64,000 nt of DNA from a virus (Duplodnaviria > Heunggongvirae > Uroviricota > Caudoviricetes), in the IMG/VR virus record IMGVR_UViG_3300028805_000044; one strand, 5' to 3'. A model generated the notes under the pieces. That model did no database searches. It saw only the letters and a program-made list of their open reading frames with translations, and was not told where the DNA came from. Positions 36,866-47,225 of the stretch are shown here, piece after piece (positions within the stretch are counted from its first letter, which is position 1; each line of letters begins with the position of its first letter). Position numbers and translations under genes: made by a program.

Positions 36866-37342
36866 ATGAGTAATTACAAATATTCTTTTGAAATAAATTT
36901 AGAGCTTTACTCTAAATATGAGGAGAATCGCAAAAAGTACCAGCACTATGATATGAATAAAGCTGATGTTATTGAAATATTTCAAGACATTGGAATTCCT
37001 ATTCATAGTCCTGTTATGTGGCAACTCTGTAGAAAATATCATCTGCTCGAAAAGAAAGGCAAAGCACGTTATACTTCTTACTATTTTCCTAAAGAGTCTC
37101 CAGCTTATTCTCGTTTTGAAGAACTAGAGAAGGAATATTACAATGGTAAGCCTGTTTCTAAGAAGAAAGAGGTAAAGGAAAAAGAAAGTGGACGTGTTCC
37201 TCTTACTGAGGAGTATATGATTGAAGCTCTCAAGAAGACAGGTAAATATCTGATATTTCAGGTTAATCCTAACTTCGAGAAGCTGAAAAGTATATTGAAC
37301 TTACATTTGCTTATTGATAATAGCGAGGTAATAATTCGATAA
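36866..37342 (+). CDS. Hypothetical protein
   Basis: Track ORF, 158 aa, overlapping the upstream stop. Confidence 0.55.
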   Translation: MSNYKYSFEINLELYSKYEENRKKYQHYDMNKADVIEIFQDIGIPIHSPVMWQLCRKYHLLEKKGKARYTSYYFPKESPAYSRFEELEKEYYNGKPVSKKKEVKEKESGRVPLTEEYMIEALKKTGKYLIFQVNPNFEKLKSILNLHLLIDNSEVIIR

Positions 37343-37407
37343 TCTCTCGTAACTGGGCCTAGACATTAGTCGAAGCCCTTTATTTTTAATAATTAAATTT
37401 TGTTTTT

Positions 37408-38010
37408 ATGTTAACATTAACAAAAGGTGGGAAGGTTAATCTCACAAAAGAAGGCATTACTGTTTTTAGAATGGGACTTGCCTGGGATGCTAACACAGGA
37501 ACTGGAGCACCATTCGATCTAGATGCTGCTGCCATACCTCTAAAAGAAGATGGTAAGGCAGTTGCAGATGATGCTTTGTGTTTCTATGGACAGCTCAACT
37601 GGAAGGATGCTATTAAGCATTCTGGTGACGAACGTACAGGTGCTGCGGAAGGTGATGATGAGACAATCACCATTAATACTTCCAAATTACCAGCTGATGT
37701 TCAGAAGGTTGTAGTTATTGTGAACATTCACGATGCTAAGAACCGCCAACAGAACTTTGGTATGGTAAAGAACTCTAAGGTTACTCTTTACAAAGGGGCT
37801 GAAGGAGTTGCAGAATCTGATATCCTAGCTAAGTATGATCTTGAGGAAGATGCAAGTATGTCTAGATGCTTGGTATTCTGTGAGATCTATAAGAAAGATG
37901 GAGAGTGGAGATTCAATGCTGTGAATGAGAGTAAGGGCTCTTACAATGATACAACGTATCATCAAGTGCTCACTAGTTATGGTATTCAGTCTGAACCATC
38001 TGACTTATGA
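37408..38010 (+). CDS. terD: TerD family protein
   Basis: L.KGG.VNL, MGLAWD, FDLDA, HSGDERTGAAEGDDE, QNFG.V, E.YK..GEWRF.A. Confidence 0.92.
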   Translation: MLTLTKGGKVNLTKEGITVFRMGLAWDANTGTGAPFDLDAAAIPLKEDGKAVADDALCFYGQLNWKDAIKHSGDERTGAAEGDDETITINTSKLPADVQKVVVIVNIHDAKNRQQNFGMVKNSKVTLYKGAEGVAESDILAKYDLEEDASMSRCLVFCEIYKKDGEWRFNAVNESKGSYNDTTYHQVLTSYGIQSEPSDL

Positions 38011-38624
38011 TAAACTTATCTAAAGGTGGGCGCATTAACCTCTCTAAGGACGAGAACGGTAACAGTTTAGACAAAATTTTCTTTGGCTCTAACTGGGGAA
38101 TGATTAAGAAGGCTTTTGGTCTTGCTAAAGAAGCAGTAGACCTTGACTCTTCTGTAGTTCTTCTTGATGCTAACGGAAATAAAGTCGATATTGTTTACTT
38201 TGGTCATAAGAATGCTCCCGGTATTCATCATTATGGGGATGATCTTACAGGCGATGCTGATGGTGACGATGGTATGGATAATGAGACAGTAGAAATTACT
38301 CTATCTAAACTGGAATCCAGAGTAGAGCATGTTTTCTTTGTACTCAATTCTTATTGTCATCATAAGTTTGATAAGATTCCTTATATAGGAATTCGAATCT
38401 ATACTTCTCCAAACAATAAGCCAAAGGAACATATTTCCGATCCTGTAACTGTACTTGCTCAGTATTCTTTAAAGGATATGGCAGCAGAGTTTGCAGGTAA
38501 AGAGTCTGTAGTTCTTGGTGAAGCATATCGTCGTAATGGAGAGTGGAAATTTAAGGCAATAGGACAATTTGGTAACATACAGAGTGTTTCAGATTTTCCT
38601 GCTATTTGTAAACAACTTATTTAA
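38007..38624 (+). CDS. TerD/TerZ family protein
   Basis: INLSKGGRINL, VDLDSS, H.GDDLTGD..GDDG.DNE, YRRNGEWKFKAIG. Confidence 0.88.
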   Translation: MINLSKGGRINLSKDENGNSLDKIFFGSNWGMIKKAFGLAKEAVDLDSSVVLLDANGNKVDIVYFGHKNAPGIHHYGDDLTGDADGDDGMDNETVEITLSKLESRVEHVFFVLNSYCHHKFDKIPYIGIRIYTSPNNKPKEHISDPVTVLAQYSLKDMAAEFAGKESVVLGEAYRRNGEWKFKAIGQFGNIQSVSDFPAICKQLI

Positions 38625-38636
38625 TACAAAGTAGAA

Positions 38637-38987
38637 ATGAAAGAATTGATAAAGAGTATCTTAGCTGATGGTACTATCGATAAAGCTGAAGTCGAACAGC
38701 TGGAAAAAGCCTTATATGAGGATGGTAAAATCGACAAAAAGGAAGCGGAAGCACTGTTCAAGCTTAACAATGAGGCTACTGCACAGTGTCCTGAATTTAA
38801 GGACTTGTTCGTAAAGGGAGTTAAAGATTATATCTTAGCCGACGGGAAGATCGATGACGAGGAAACTGAGTTCCTTTGTCAGCAGATCTCTGCAGATGGT
38901 GAGATAGACGACAACGAACGTGCTCTTCTCGAGGCTCTTGCCGCTGAAGTTGAACTTCCCGCCGAACTTGCTGAAATGTTGGATTAA
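38637..38987 (+). CDS. TerB-like acidic metal-binding repeat protein
   Basis: Four (A/E)DG.ID..E repeats. Confidence 0.7.
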   Translation: MKELIKSILADGTIDKAEVEQLEKALYEDGKIDKKEAEALFKLNNEATAQCPEFKDLFVKGVKDYILADGKIDDEETEFLCQQISADGEIDDNERALLEALAAEVELPAELAEMLD

Positions 38988-39045
38988 AACTCACAAGTGG
39001 GAGTTGTTTAGGCAGCTCTCACTTTTATTAACAAATAACAGTCAA

Positions 39046-41505
39046 ATGAAAGGTTTATATTCTAATGAAGCGGACAAAATTCTACTTTTAGAAGGTGAAA
39101 ATGTCCTAACGCCCGCAAAGCGTGATCCTTGGTATATAATGCTTTTAGATGGATTTAAAGATCCTCTAATCATTATTCTAAGTGTAGCTGCGATTCTATC
39201 GTTAGCTATAGGTATTATGAAAGCTGAATTTATGGAACCTATAGGTATTATAGCTGCTATTATGTTAGCAGTTGGTGTAGGTTTCTGGAACACTTACAGC
39301 GCAAGTAAGAAATTTGATCTCCTGCTTACTTATGCTGATGATACTTTAGTTAAAGTTTTTCGTGATGGAGAGTTAACTGAAGTTCCTAGGAGATGTCTCG
39401 TAAGAGAAGATGTAATTGTATTGGAAAGTGGAGAAGAAGTTCCCGCAGACGTCACCATTTTATCGGGAACTTGTGCTTGTGATGAATCTTCATTTACTGG
39501 AGAATCTAAACCAGTAAGTAAAGGCCCTCTTAATGCTGAAAAAGAAGGACTCTTTGTCCAACAGAACAAATTATTGAGAGGTTCTGTTATTATAGAAGGA
39601 CGCGTAGAAGCTTTAGTTGAAAAGACTGGAGATAATACAATTCTTGGAGGAATGGCTAGACAAGCTTCTGAAATTACTGATGTTGAAACTCCACTCAATA
39701 AGCAGTTAGATCGTTTGGCTAATCTTATTAATAAAATAGCCTTTTGTTCTGCTGCTATTCTTATTCTTGCATTGTGTGTTAAGTATATATTTATTGATCA
39801 AGCTTACATAGGAAAAGAAACTTTAGGAATAATAAATGATTTGCTGCAATTCTTAATGATAGCAGTTGCACTTATTGTTGTTGCTGTTCCTGAGGGACTT
39901 CCAATGGCTGTTACACTTGCACTTGCCTATTCTATGAAGAAAATGGCTAATGAGAACAATCTGATCAAGAAAATGCATGCTTGTGAAACACTTGGTGCTA
40001 CAACTCTTATCCTTACCGATAAGACTGGCACTCTTACGGAGAATAAAATGACTGTAGTATTTAAGTCTGTTAATATTGGATACAATGATATAGTATTAAA
40101 TTCTACTGCATTTAATCATGTAGGTAATCCAACAGAACAAGCACTTATCCGTAGTCTTGGCACTACTGATGAAGCAATTCAAAGAACAAGAGACATGTAT
40201 CCCATCGTATATCGTGAAGAATTTAATTCTGATCGTAAGTACATGAAGTCTGTTTATAAGGCTGAAGATGGTAGATATATAGTTCTTGTTAAAGGAGCTC
40301 CAGAGATTGTGATTGGTTTCTGTGTTGAGGACAAGAATGATTCTTATAAAGTAGAACAGTCGAGGGGACGTCGAGTTATTGGTTTTGCAATTCGTGTTGA
40401 TGAGACAACGGATGCTTTAGAGCTGAATGAAAACTTCGATTACTTGGGACATGTATCTATTGAAGATCCAATTCGTTCTGCTGTACCTGAGGCTATTAAG
40501 CAAGCACGTGAAGCTGGAATCAAAGTTAAGATTGTAACTGGTGATAATGCTGATACTGCTGCTGAAATAGCAAGACAAGCTAAGATTTCTGATTATCCAG
40601 TCGTTACTCTTGGTAAAGATGTAGAAAAATCTAATCTTGGTACATTATCTACAACTGATGTGTTTGCTAGAAGTCGTCCAGAAGACAAACAAACTCTTGT
40701 GAAAAAGTTTCAGTCTATGGGTGAAGTAGTAGCAGTTTCTGGAGATGGAACTAATGATGCTCCAGCGCTTAATCATGCAGAAGTAGGAATAGCAATGAAT
40801 AGTGGTACTGATGTAGCTAAAGAAGCTGCTGATGTTGTCCTTCTTGATAATTCATTCCCTTCTATCATTACAGGTATTAAATGGGGAAGAAGTCTATATA
40901 AGAATATACAACACTTCATACTCTTCCAGCTTACTATCAATGTAGTAGCAATACTTACTGCAATAGTTGGTCCATTTATAGGTGTAAATCTCCCCTTCAC
41001 TGTAACGCAAATGTTGTGGGTAAACCTTATAATGGATACATTCGCTGCTCTTGCTCTTGCTACTGAACCAGCTAATGATTCAGTTATGCTAGAGCGTCCT
41101 CGTAATCCAAAGGACTTTATAATAACTACAGATATGTGGTTAAACATAGGCACTGTAGGTATACTATTCTTTACAGTTATGATTGTACTATTAGTAACTA
41201 AATGGGTTAATCTTACTCAGTTCTTTACTATCTTTGTAATGTTACAATGGTGGAATCTATTTAATGCTAGAGTATTTGGACAAGACCGTTCTATATTTAG
41301 TGGACTTGGACAGAACTGGGCATTTACTGGTATTGCACTTGTAATTTTAGTAGGACAGTTCTTAATTGTACAATTTGGAGGCGAAATGTTTAGAACTGAG
41401 CCTCTTACTGCTATGGAATGGTTATGTATTATAGGTACGACCTCCATTGTAGCTGTGTCACGCGAGACACTTCATATTATAAAAGGTTTTATTAAAAAAT
41501 GTTAA
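39046..41505 (+). CDS. P-type (PMCA-like) calcium-translocating ATPase
   Basis: TGES, VPEGLP, DKTGTLT phosphorylation site, KGAPE, TGDN, GDGTNDAPAL, QMLWVNLIMDT. Start placed at ATG 39046. Confidence 0.92.
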   Translation: MKGLYSNEADKILLLEGENVLTPAKRDPWYIMLLDGFKDPLIIILSVAAILSLAIGIMKAEFMEPIGIIAAIMLAVGVGFWNTYSASKKFDLLLTYADDTLVKVFRDGELTEVPRRCLVREDVIVLESGEEVPADVTILSGTCACDESSFTGESKPVSKGPLNAEKEGLFVQQNKLLRGSVIIEGRVEALVEKTGDNTILGGMARQASEITDVETPLNKQLDRLANLINKIAFCSAAILILALCVKYIFIDQAYIGKETLGIINDLLQFLMIAVALIVVAVPEGLPMAVTLALAYSMKKMANENNLIKKMHACETLGATTLILTDKTGTLTENKMTVVFKSVNIGYNDIVLNSTAFNHVGNPTEQALIRSLGTTDEAIQRTRDMYPIVYREEFNSDRKYMKSVYKAEDGRYIVLVKGAPEIVIGFCVEDKNDSYKVEQSRGRRVIGFAIRVDETTDALELNENFDYLGHVSIEDPIRSAVPEAIKQAREAGIKVKIVTGDNADTAAEIARQAKISDYPVVTLGKDVEKSNLGTLSTTDVFARSRPEDKQTLVKKFQSMGEVVAVSGDGTNDAPALNHAEVGIAMNSGTDVAKEAADVVLLDNSFPSIITGIKWGRSLYKNIQHFILFQLTINVVAILTAIVGPFIGVNLPFTVTQMLWVNLIMDTFAALALATEPANDSVMLERPRNPKDFIITTDMWLNIGTVGILFFTVMIVLLVTKWVNLTQFFTIFVMLQWWNLFNARVFGQDRSIFSGLGQNWAFTGIALVILVGQFLIVQFGGEMFRTEPLTAMEWLCIIGTTSIVAVSRETLHIIKGFIKKC

Positions 41506-41568
41506 TTGGTTTTATTCGTAGTGATTTACGAGTATTTCTACAGAGAAGTTAGCCTTTAACTTCTCTAA

Positions 41569-42135
41569 GCCTCCATGGGGGAATTGGTAGACCCGAGGGA
41601 CTTGGTACAATTCGAGTGCTATGGCGAGAAATCCCATAGTAGAATCTCCCTAAAACGGTGAAAATCCTTGGCGGTAGTTTGTGAAAACACTTCGAGTGAA
41701 ACACTATACGCAACGACAGAGAATGCACACTAACCCATAATGTGTAAGGATAATACCGTGCTAAATTGAATATTATTACTTGCGAGTTGGAGTACAAGCA
41801 TAGCTGAAGGCTCTAGCCGTAGACACAGTAGATATTTCATAAATGTGTAGAGAGTATAGAGGAGATATGAGGGAAACCCTCACATTCTATTCAGATGTAT
41901 CTGATAAGAATGCCTAAGTTGAAATTGTGTAGACTGTCAAATGAGTAGACGTTTATGGGCTACTATCACTGAAACAGACACTGCTTGTACAAGAATTTCA
42001 ATATGGTAATAATGTATTCCAGACTACAACAACTTAATTAGTCGCCAAGCGTCTGAAAAAGTTGGCTATGGTAACATAGAGTAGCAGGAAAATCCCTTGC
42101 CGTAAAGCGTCCCGGTTCGAGTCCGGGTGGAGGTA
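41569..42135 (+). tRNA. trnL: tRNA-Leu(UAA) interrupted by a group I intron (exons 41569-41603 and 42089-42135)
   Basis: Spliced anticodon arm AGGGA-CTT|AAAA-TCCCT; acceptor GCCTCCA/TGGAGGT-A; Leu-type D loop GGAATTGGTAGAC. Confidence 0.85.
41604..42088 (+). mobile_element. Group I self-splicing intron, 485 nt, no homing ORF seen
   Basis: P1 ACTT|G...CGAGT with U.G at the splice site; P/Q-like AAAACGGTGAAA and AATACCGTGCTAAA; R/S-like GTGTAGAGAGTATA and AATGTATTCC; terminal G. Confidence 0.8.
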
Positions 42136-42160
42136 CATATAAAATAATATTTTAACAGTT

Positions 42161-42610
42161 ATGCATACACAAGAAGAAATTAGAGAAGACATGGATAGAC
42201 TTCATGCCTTTATTGATTCGTTGAAAGTAAAGTATGGTCCAGAATTTGCTTGTGCTGTTGCAGCAGGAACTGGAATCAATACTGAGATCACAAGTGAAGA
42301 TGATCCAGATGCTTTCGCGGGTGGAGCTTATATGGTAGGAGAACCGGCTATGTTTCATCAAGCCTGTCATTGCCTGCTTAAATCTTGCAAATTTATCGAT
42401 GGAATTATTGATGCTATGGAGTGTGTAATAATGCAAGAACACAAGGAAAGTGGTAAGCCAAAATTCCTAGATATGATGATGGTTACTTCTCTTGAATCTC
42501 TGAAGAAACTTCTTATAATGAGTACTGATGAATTCAAGGAAGAAAAAGAAAAACAAGAACTTGATGAGGCCGTTGATCAACTTCTGAGAGATTCAGGTCT
42601 CAAAAACTAA
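42161..42610 (+). CDS. Hypothetical protein
   Basis: Track ORF, 149 aa. Confidence 0.6.
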   Translation: MHTQEEIREDMDRLHAFIDSLKVKYGPEFACAVAAGTGINTEITSEDDPDAFAGGAYMVGEPAMFHQACHCLLKSCKFIDGIIDAMECVIMQEHKESGKPKFLDMMMVTSLESLKKLLIMSTDEFKEEKEKQELDEAVDQLLRDSGLKN

Positions 42611-42902
42611 ATAAATTGGTGTGACTGAACAACTCTTTGCCAAGAGGGTAAGGTACACGTGCAGGTGCTGAAAAGTCTTGTACGCGGTTAGGATACAGCA
42701 AACATAAGGTATACAAGAGAGATTGGGTGGGCCAACTTGATCTTGAGTAGTACACGAAGTTAGTATCTGATTGGATGCAGTGTTGAAGGTAATCAATCCT
42801 TCCTTCTATTTAAATAGTAACATGATCGACTACTATGGAAGTGACTGAAAAGTGTTCTGCTGTATAGAATTTGGAGGTAATCAGTAGACCTCTCACCAAT
42901 AC

Positions 42903-42984
42903 GGGGATGTGCTGGAATTGGTAGACAGTCCTGACTTAGGATCAGGTGCCTTCGGGCGTGGGGGTTCGAGTCCCTTCATTCCTA
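42903..42984 (+). tRNA. trnL: tRNA-Leu(UAG)
   Basis: CCTGA-CTTAGGA-TCAGG anticodon arm, long variable arm. Confidence 0.88.
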
Positions 42985-43005
42985 CTAAACTAAAACCACG
43001 AGATA

Positions 43006-43776
43006 ATGAGAAACGACTTACTTTTTCAAGTATTAGAGAAAGCGCCTACAACAATGGGAGCTTTTGACTATCTGAAGGATCCTCTAGAAAGAAATAATAT
43101 GAGGGCTCTTTTGCGTATGTATGACTTGATTCCTATTATTGCACAAACTATCCTTGATGAAATGATAGATAGATTGCAAGAACCTCAGGCAAGTCTATAT
43201 ATTAATACTCTCAAGAAGGATTATCCTAGAATATCTAAATGGTTACAAGAGGCTTCTCGTAGAACTATAGATAGATATAAAGAGGATGAAACTGAACATG
43301 ATTGTGCTACAGTAGTTGGAGAATATCATTTACAAATGAAAATGTTGGATGATTTATCTAGAAAGGTATTGCCTCATATATCTAAAGACACAAGAAAAAT
43401 CTGGACAAATAATCCAGAATTTTATGATTTAATGTCTAAAGGAAGAGTTAAGAAGTTTGTAAAAAGATTTATATCTATACTTTCTCTTATAGAGGATGTA
43501 ACTGATACAGAGGACTTAATCTCTTATAAAAAGGCAGTAATTGACAGATGTATTCCTATGGGACAGCTCGAAGAAGGACAAGAATTTATGTTCCCATATG
43601 CTGAACATGCAATGGATGATGGTGGACAGATGTTTACTTATCTAGGTTTATCTGAAGAAGATATTCCAGAGCAGCCTGGAGATAAGAATGTAGTTTGTCA
43701 TTATCGTAAAATAAATGATTCAATACATATTGTTTATGTAGAAAATAACTGCTTGCGGGCGGTTATACCTTTCTAA
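43006..43776 (+). CDS. Hypothetical protein
   Basis: Track ORF, 256 aa. Confidence 0.6.
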   Translation: MRNDLLFQVLEKAPTTMGAFDYLKDPLERNNMRALLRMYDLIPIIAQTILDEMIDRLQEPQASLYINTLKKDYPRISKWLQEASRRTIDRYKEDETEHDCATVVGEYHLQMKMLDDLSRKVLPHISKDTRKIWTNNPEFYDLMSKGRVKKFVKRFISILSLIEDVTDTEDLISYKKAVIDRCIPMGQLEEGQEFMFPYAEHAMDDGGQMFTYLGLSEEDIPEQPGDKNVVCHYRKINDSIHIVYVENNCLRAVIPF

Positions 43777-43786
43777 TTGCTGGAAT

Positions 43787-43857
43787 TCTCAGATAGCTCA
43801 AATGGTTAGAGCCCTGGATTTTACTAGGAGGTAGTGGTTCGAATCCACTTCTGAGTG
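43787..43857 (+). tRNA. tRNA-like gene, 6-nt anticodon loop, identity undetermined
   Basis: D and T arms canonical; CCTGG-ATTTTA-CTAGG. Confidence 0.5.
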
Positions 43858-43874
43858 CTAAAAATTTTCTTATT

Positions 43875-45674
43875 ATGAAAAAAGTAACAACTTTATTCGG
43901 CAAGGAGGACACTAGGGATGTCCTCAACAAAGATGCTAATATCTTTGAAAAGGAGAAGTTCGCTCGTGAACATCAAACACTCTCCGAAAATGGTAGTGAT
44001 AAATATACTACCACAGGTAATGTATTCTTAGATGACTTTGCTATGTTATCTAAATACAAAGAGCAAAGAGATTTAGATAATATCTTCGCAACTATGGAGA
44101 AACTGTGGAATCATGATCCTCTTCGTACATTACAACTTACAGTATTCTTAAGAATGATTACTCGTAAGACTGTCTTATTTAGTGGAGAAAAACTTTCAAC
44201 ACAAAGAGGACAGGGTCTTAAGCATGAGTTCTTAGGAAGATTACTTTGGTTAGCTTGTGAACATCCAGATACATTTGAAAAGAATATGCAATACTTCGTT
44301 GTTGCAGGTTCTTGGAAAGATGCGTTTGATCTTATGAGATATGACTTATCTTATAATGGTAAGAATCATCCAATGTTAAATTGGAATTTTATGATTCGCT
44401 TTATAGCTGGAGGATTAGTAGATGAAAGTCAAACTAATTTAGTTAAGAAGTATCTTCCTCAAATACATAGTGCTAAGCATTGTAACACTTTACAAAAGCA
44501 GTGTAATGCTGTAATTGGAAGACGTATTGCTAGATATATGTTTGGAAATCCAGAAGATGTACAGGATAAAATTCATAATACAATTGAGTATAGAAAGCTT
44601 AAAACATCTGGTAATGCCCATGATTGGCAAAAGAAAATTGCTCAGCAAGATTATTTCAATATTAATTGGGATACCGTTGCGGGACGCGCTTTACAGAAAA
44701 TGGTGAACTCCAAGTTCTTAGAGAACCATAATCTTGAGGAAATATTCAGTAATTGGATGCTACATCAAGATGTTGCTAAGTATACAGGTTATCCTTACGA
44801 ACTATTTAAAGATGGGTGTTATGGAATATCTAGGTATGCTTATCCCAGAAAAAATTCAGTCGAAGAATTGATTGAATCTTTATATCCCAAGAAGTATCAA
44901 AGAGAACTTGTTAACAAACAATTTTTACAACTTATCGAAATTGCTAAGCAGGACATAAACAGACAAACTGGATTCATTGTAGCTATGGATGTATCTGGTT
45001 CTATGACATCTAAGTGTAAAGGTTCAACTACAATGTCTGCTTATTCTGTAGCCAGAGCAATGGCTTTGTATTTCTCTTACTTATTAAAAGGTAAGTTTGC
45101 AAATACTTTGCTTGCTTTTAGCAATAGAGTAGTAATAGATAAGTTTGAAGGAAAGAGTCCGATTGAGAAGTATTATAATGGATACTATAAGTATTCTGCT
45201 TGTAATACTAACTTCTTCCAGATTGCTCAATTATTTGGACAGTTAAAGGCGAAGGGTTATCCAGAGTCGGACTTCCCGACTGGTGTAGTATGTCTTTCAG
45301 ATGGAGAGTTTGATAGACCAATGGGAGATTGGAATGTCAGTGGGGATACTGACTGGAGTTCAAGAAGCAGTACTTCAAGAGAAACAGTCTTTGAAGCTTT
45401 CAAGAGTCATCTTAGAAAGTGTGGATTCTCTGCTGAGTATGTTGATAACTTCAAGTTAGTTCTATGGGATATTCCCAATGACTATTATGAAATATCTACT
45501 CCTAAGTTTGAAGCTCTTGCAGATACTCCTAACATATTCCATATGTCTGGATTTGATCCTGCTGGAATTGCCTTCTTAACAGGAACTAAACAAGTAACTT
45601 CTATTCCCCGCACTCCAGAAGAATTGTTTGAAGCTGCTATGAATCAAGAGTTAATCCAACTTTTGAAGTGTTAA
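43875..45674 (+). CDS. DUF2828-like TROVE/VWA (Ro60-related) protein, 599 aa
   Basis: TLSENG..KY.TTG, LR.I.R...G.G, GSWKD, KYLP, I.W..VAGRA, P.EL, MIDAS-type DVSGSM, TNF, LSDGEFD, MSGF. Confidence 0.75.
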   Translation: MKKVTTLFGKEDTRDVLNKDANIFEKEKFAREHQTLSENGSDKYTTTGNVFLDDFAMLSKYKEQRDLDNIFATMEKLWNHDPLRTLQLTVFLRMITRKTVLFSGEKLSTQRGQGLKHEFLGRLLWLACEHPDTFEKNMQYFVVAGSWKDAFDLMRYDLSYNGKNHPMLNWNFMIRFIAGGLVDESQTNLVKKYLPQIHSAKHCNTLQKQCNAVIGRRIARYMFGNPEDVQDKIHNTIEYRKLKTSGNAHDWQKKIAQQDYFNINWDTVAGRALQKMVNSKFLENHNLEEIFSNWMLHQDVAKYTGYPYELFKDGCYGISRYAYPRKNSVEELIESLYPKKYQRELVNKQFLQLIEIAKQDINRQTGFIVAMDVSGSMTSKCKGSTTMSAYSVARAMALYFSYLLKGKFANTLLAFSNRVVIDKFEGKSPIEKYYNGYYKYSACNTNFFQIAQLFGQLKAKGYPESDFPTGVVCLSDGEFDRPMGDWNVSGDTDWSSRSSTSRETVFEAFKSHLRKCGFSAEYVDNFKLVLWDIPNDYYEISTPKFEALADTPNIFHMSGFDPAGIAFLTGTKQVTSIPRTPEELFEAAMNQELIQLLKC

Positions 45675-46444
45675 TATCCGCATAGAGAGCCTGCTGTGAA
45701 GCCCGCTCTCTATTTAAATAGAGATATGCCAGAAAAAATTCCTATAATCTTCTTGTTGAAAAAGAGTAGACAAGAAGTTGGAGAATTAAAATCAGATATT
45801 GACGAACTAAAGTATTTTCTAAATCAGAAAGATAAAGAGATTGCCAAACTGAATAGAAAGATAAAAACTCTACAAGACCAAACAAAGTGGTTAAAGCCCC
45901 ATCTAGCAGTAAATCGTACTTTATCTCATATACTGAGTGATGTCAACTATATTAAGGATCCTCACAAGGCTAAGAGAGAAGGAAAAAGATTACGAACTTA
46001 CCAAAGATGTGCTAAATACTATAATGCTTGGTATGATGGATGTAAAATTTTATTTTCAATTCTCCAAGAACTTCGCACTCTGCACATCGATGCTTCCACT
46101 TGACTGGGGAGTGCGAACTAGTACAAATATTTGTAAGCTTATGATGATTTTTGTAACCCCCAGCGAAGCGGACAATAGGTTCGTTATCTATTTAAAGACT
46201 ACTACTTGTAAGGTTCAGTATTGTGGAGGTGTCCTTCAGTTTGAAGCTGCACTTTCTCGTATTCATGTTATGAAGGATTTCTTTCTTAACTATGGACTTA
46301 ACAGGTTAGAAGTGAGAGAGAATGGAAAAGATGGTCAGTTGCTTGTCCATGATGATTCCGTAGCAATGCAGATAGAAGATTTAGATAATATAGCAGGTAT
46401 AAGGGTTCCAATTTTAACGGTAATCTAAAAATTTGTTAATTTAC

Positions 46445-46473
46445 TTGTATATCTAAAAAATAAGATATATAAT
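46445..46473 (+). promoter_or_regulatory. Sigma70-like promoter upstream of the main tRNA/ncRNA cluster
   Basis: TTGTAT-N17-TATAAT; similar TTGCTT-N17-TATATT at 32201 and TTGTTA-N17-TATATT at 58820. Confidence 0.4.
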
Positions 46474-46611
46474 TGAAATCCAACCTGGCAAGGAAATGCA
46501 GAGCCTTGGATTTTACCAAGAGGTAGCTCTCTAAAGAAGTCTTACAGCAAAGAACAACTTATAATCGCTTTAAATAAAGAAAGGAGTAGTTTATTTAAGA
46601 CTTCTTACTTA

Positions 46612-46683
46612 GGCTCTTTAGCTCAGTGGTAGAGCAATTGGCTGTTAACCAATAGGTCGTGAGTTCGAACCTCACAGGGGCCT
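46612..46683 (+). tRNA. trnN: tRNA-Asn(GUU)
   Basis: ATTGG-CTGTTAA-CCAAT. Confidence 0.9.
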
Positions 46684-46856
46684 CTCAAAGATGTGGTTAC
46701 TCTTCGGAGTACAACAGCAAAAGCATATTAAGCAATTTTTAAATGAAATTTTTACTCAAGTTTTATCAACCGAGGATTGCTGAGTGGAGGAGGCTGAGAG
46801 CCACATCTTCTCATAAAATTCAGTAGTACAAAGCAAGGTAGTCCTCATTTTTAAAT

Positions 46857-46941
46857 GGAGGGAGGGCAGGATGGATAATGCACCAGTCTTCTAAACTGGC
46901 GGGGTGGAAGCTCCATCTGGGTTCGAGTCCCAGTCCCTTCA
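46857..46941 (+). tRNA. trnR: tRNA-Arg(UCU) with long variable arm
   Basis: CCAGT-CTTCTAA-ACTGG; GGAGGGA/TCCCTTC-A. Confidence 0.75.
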
Positions 46942-47152
46942 CAATTATGAAAGAAAAACTAAGAGAATGGTTTTACCAAATCAATCATGCTAAGTATAAG
47001 CATTATTTTGAGGAATGGTATTCAAATCTAACACCTCAACAATTAAGATGGTATGAGAAAATATTCTAGATTAAATTAATAGTTTCGCTACAATAAAACT
47101 TGGGTGCATACCGACGAACTTCCCTGCTGGAGATGTGCGGAATGGCCCATCT

Positions 47153-47225
47153 GGGGTTACATGTTCCAAGGCTGGCGAGGAACCCTTGCAAGGTTTCTGG
47201 GAGGGTTCAATTCCCTTTAGCTCCA
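47153..47225 (+). tRNA. trnA: tRNA-Ala(UGC)
   Basis: Loop CTTGCAA; G3.U70 pair. Confidence 0.75.

Noticed and set aside
38920-39045. Upstream start for the P-type ATPase
   Set aside because: It overlaps the TerB-like gene and an intergenic hairpin; ATG 39046 after an A-rich leader is more plausible.
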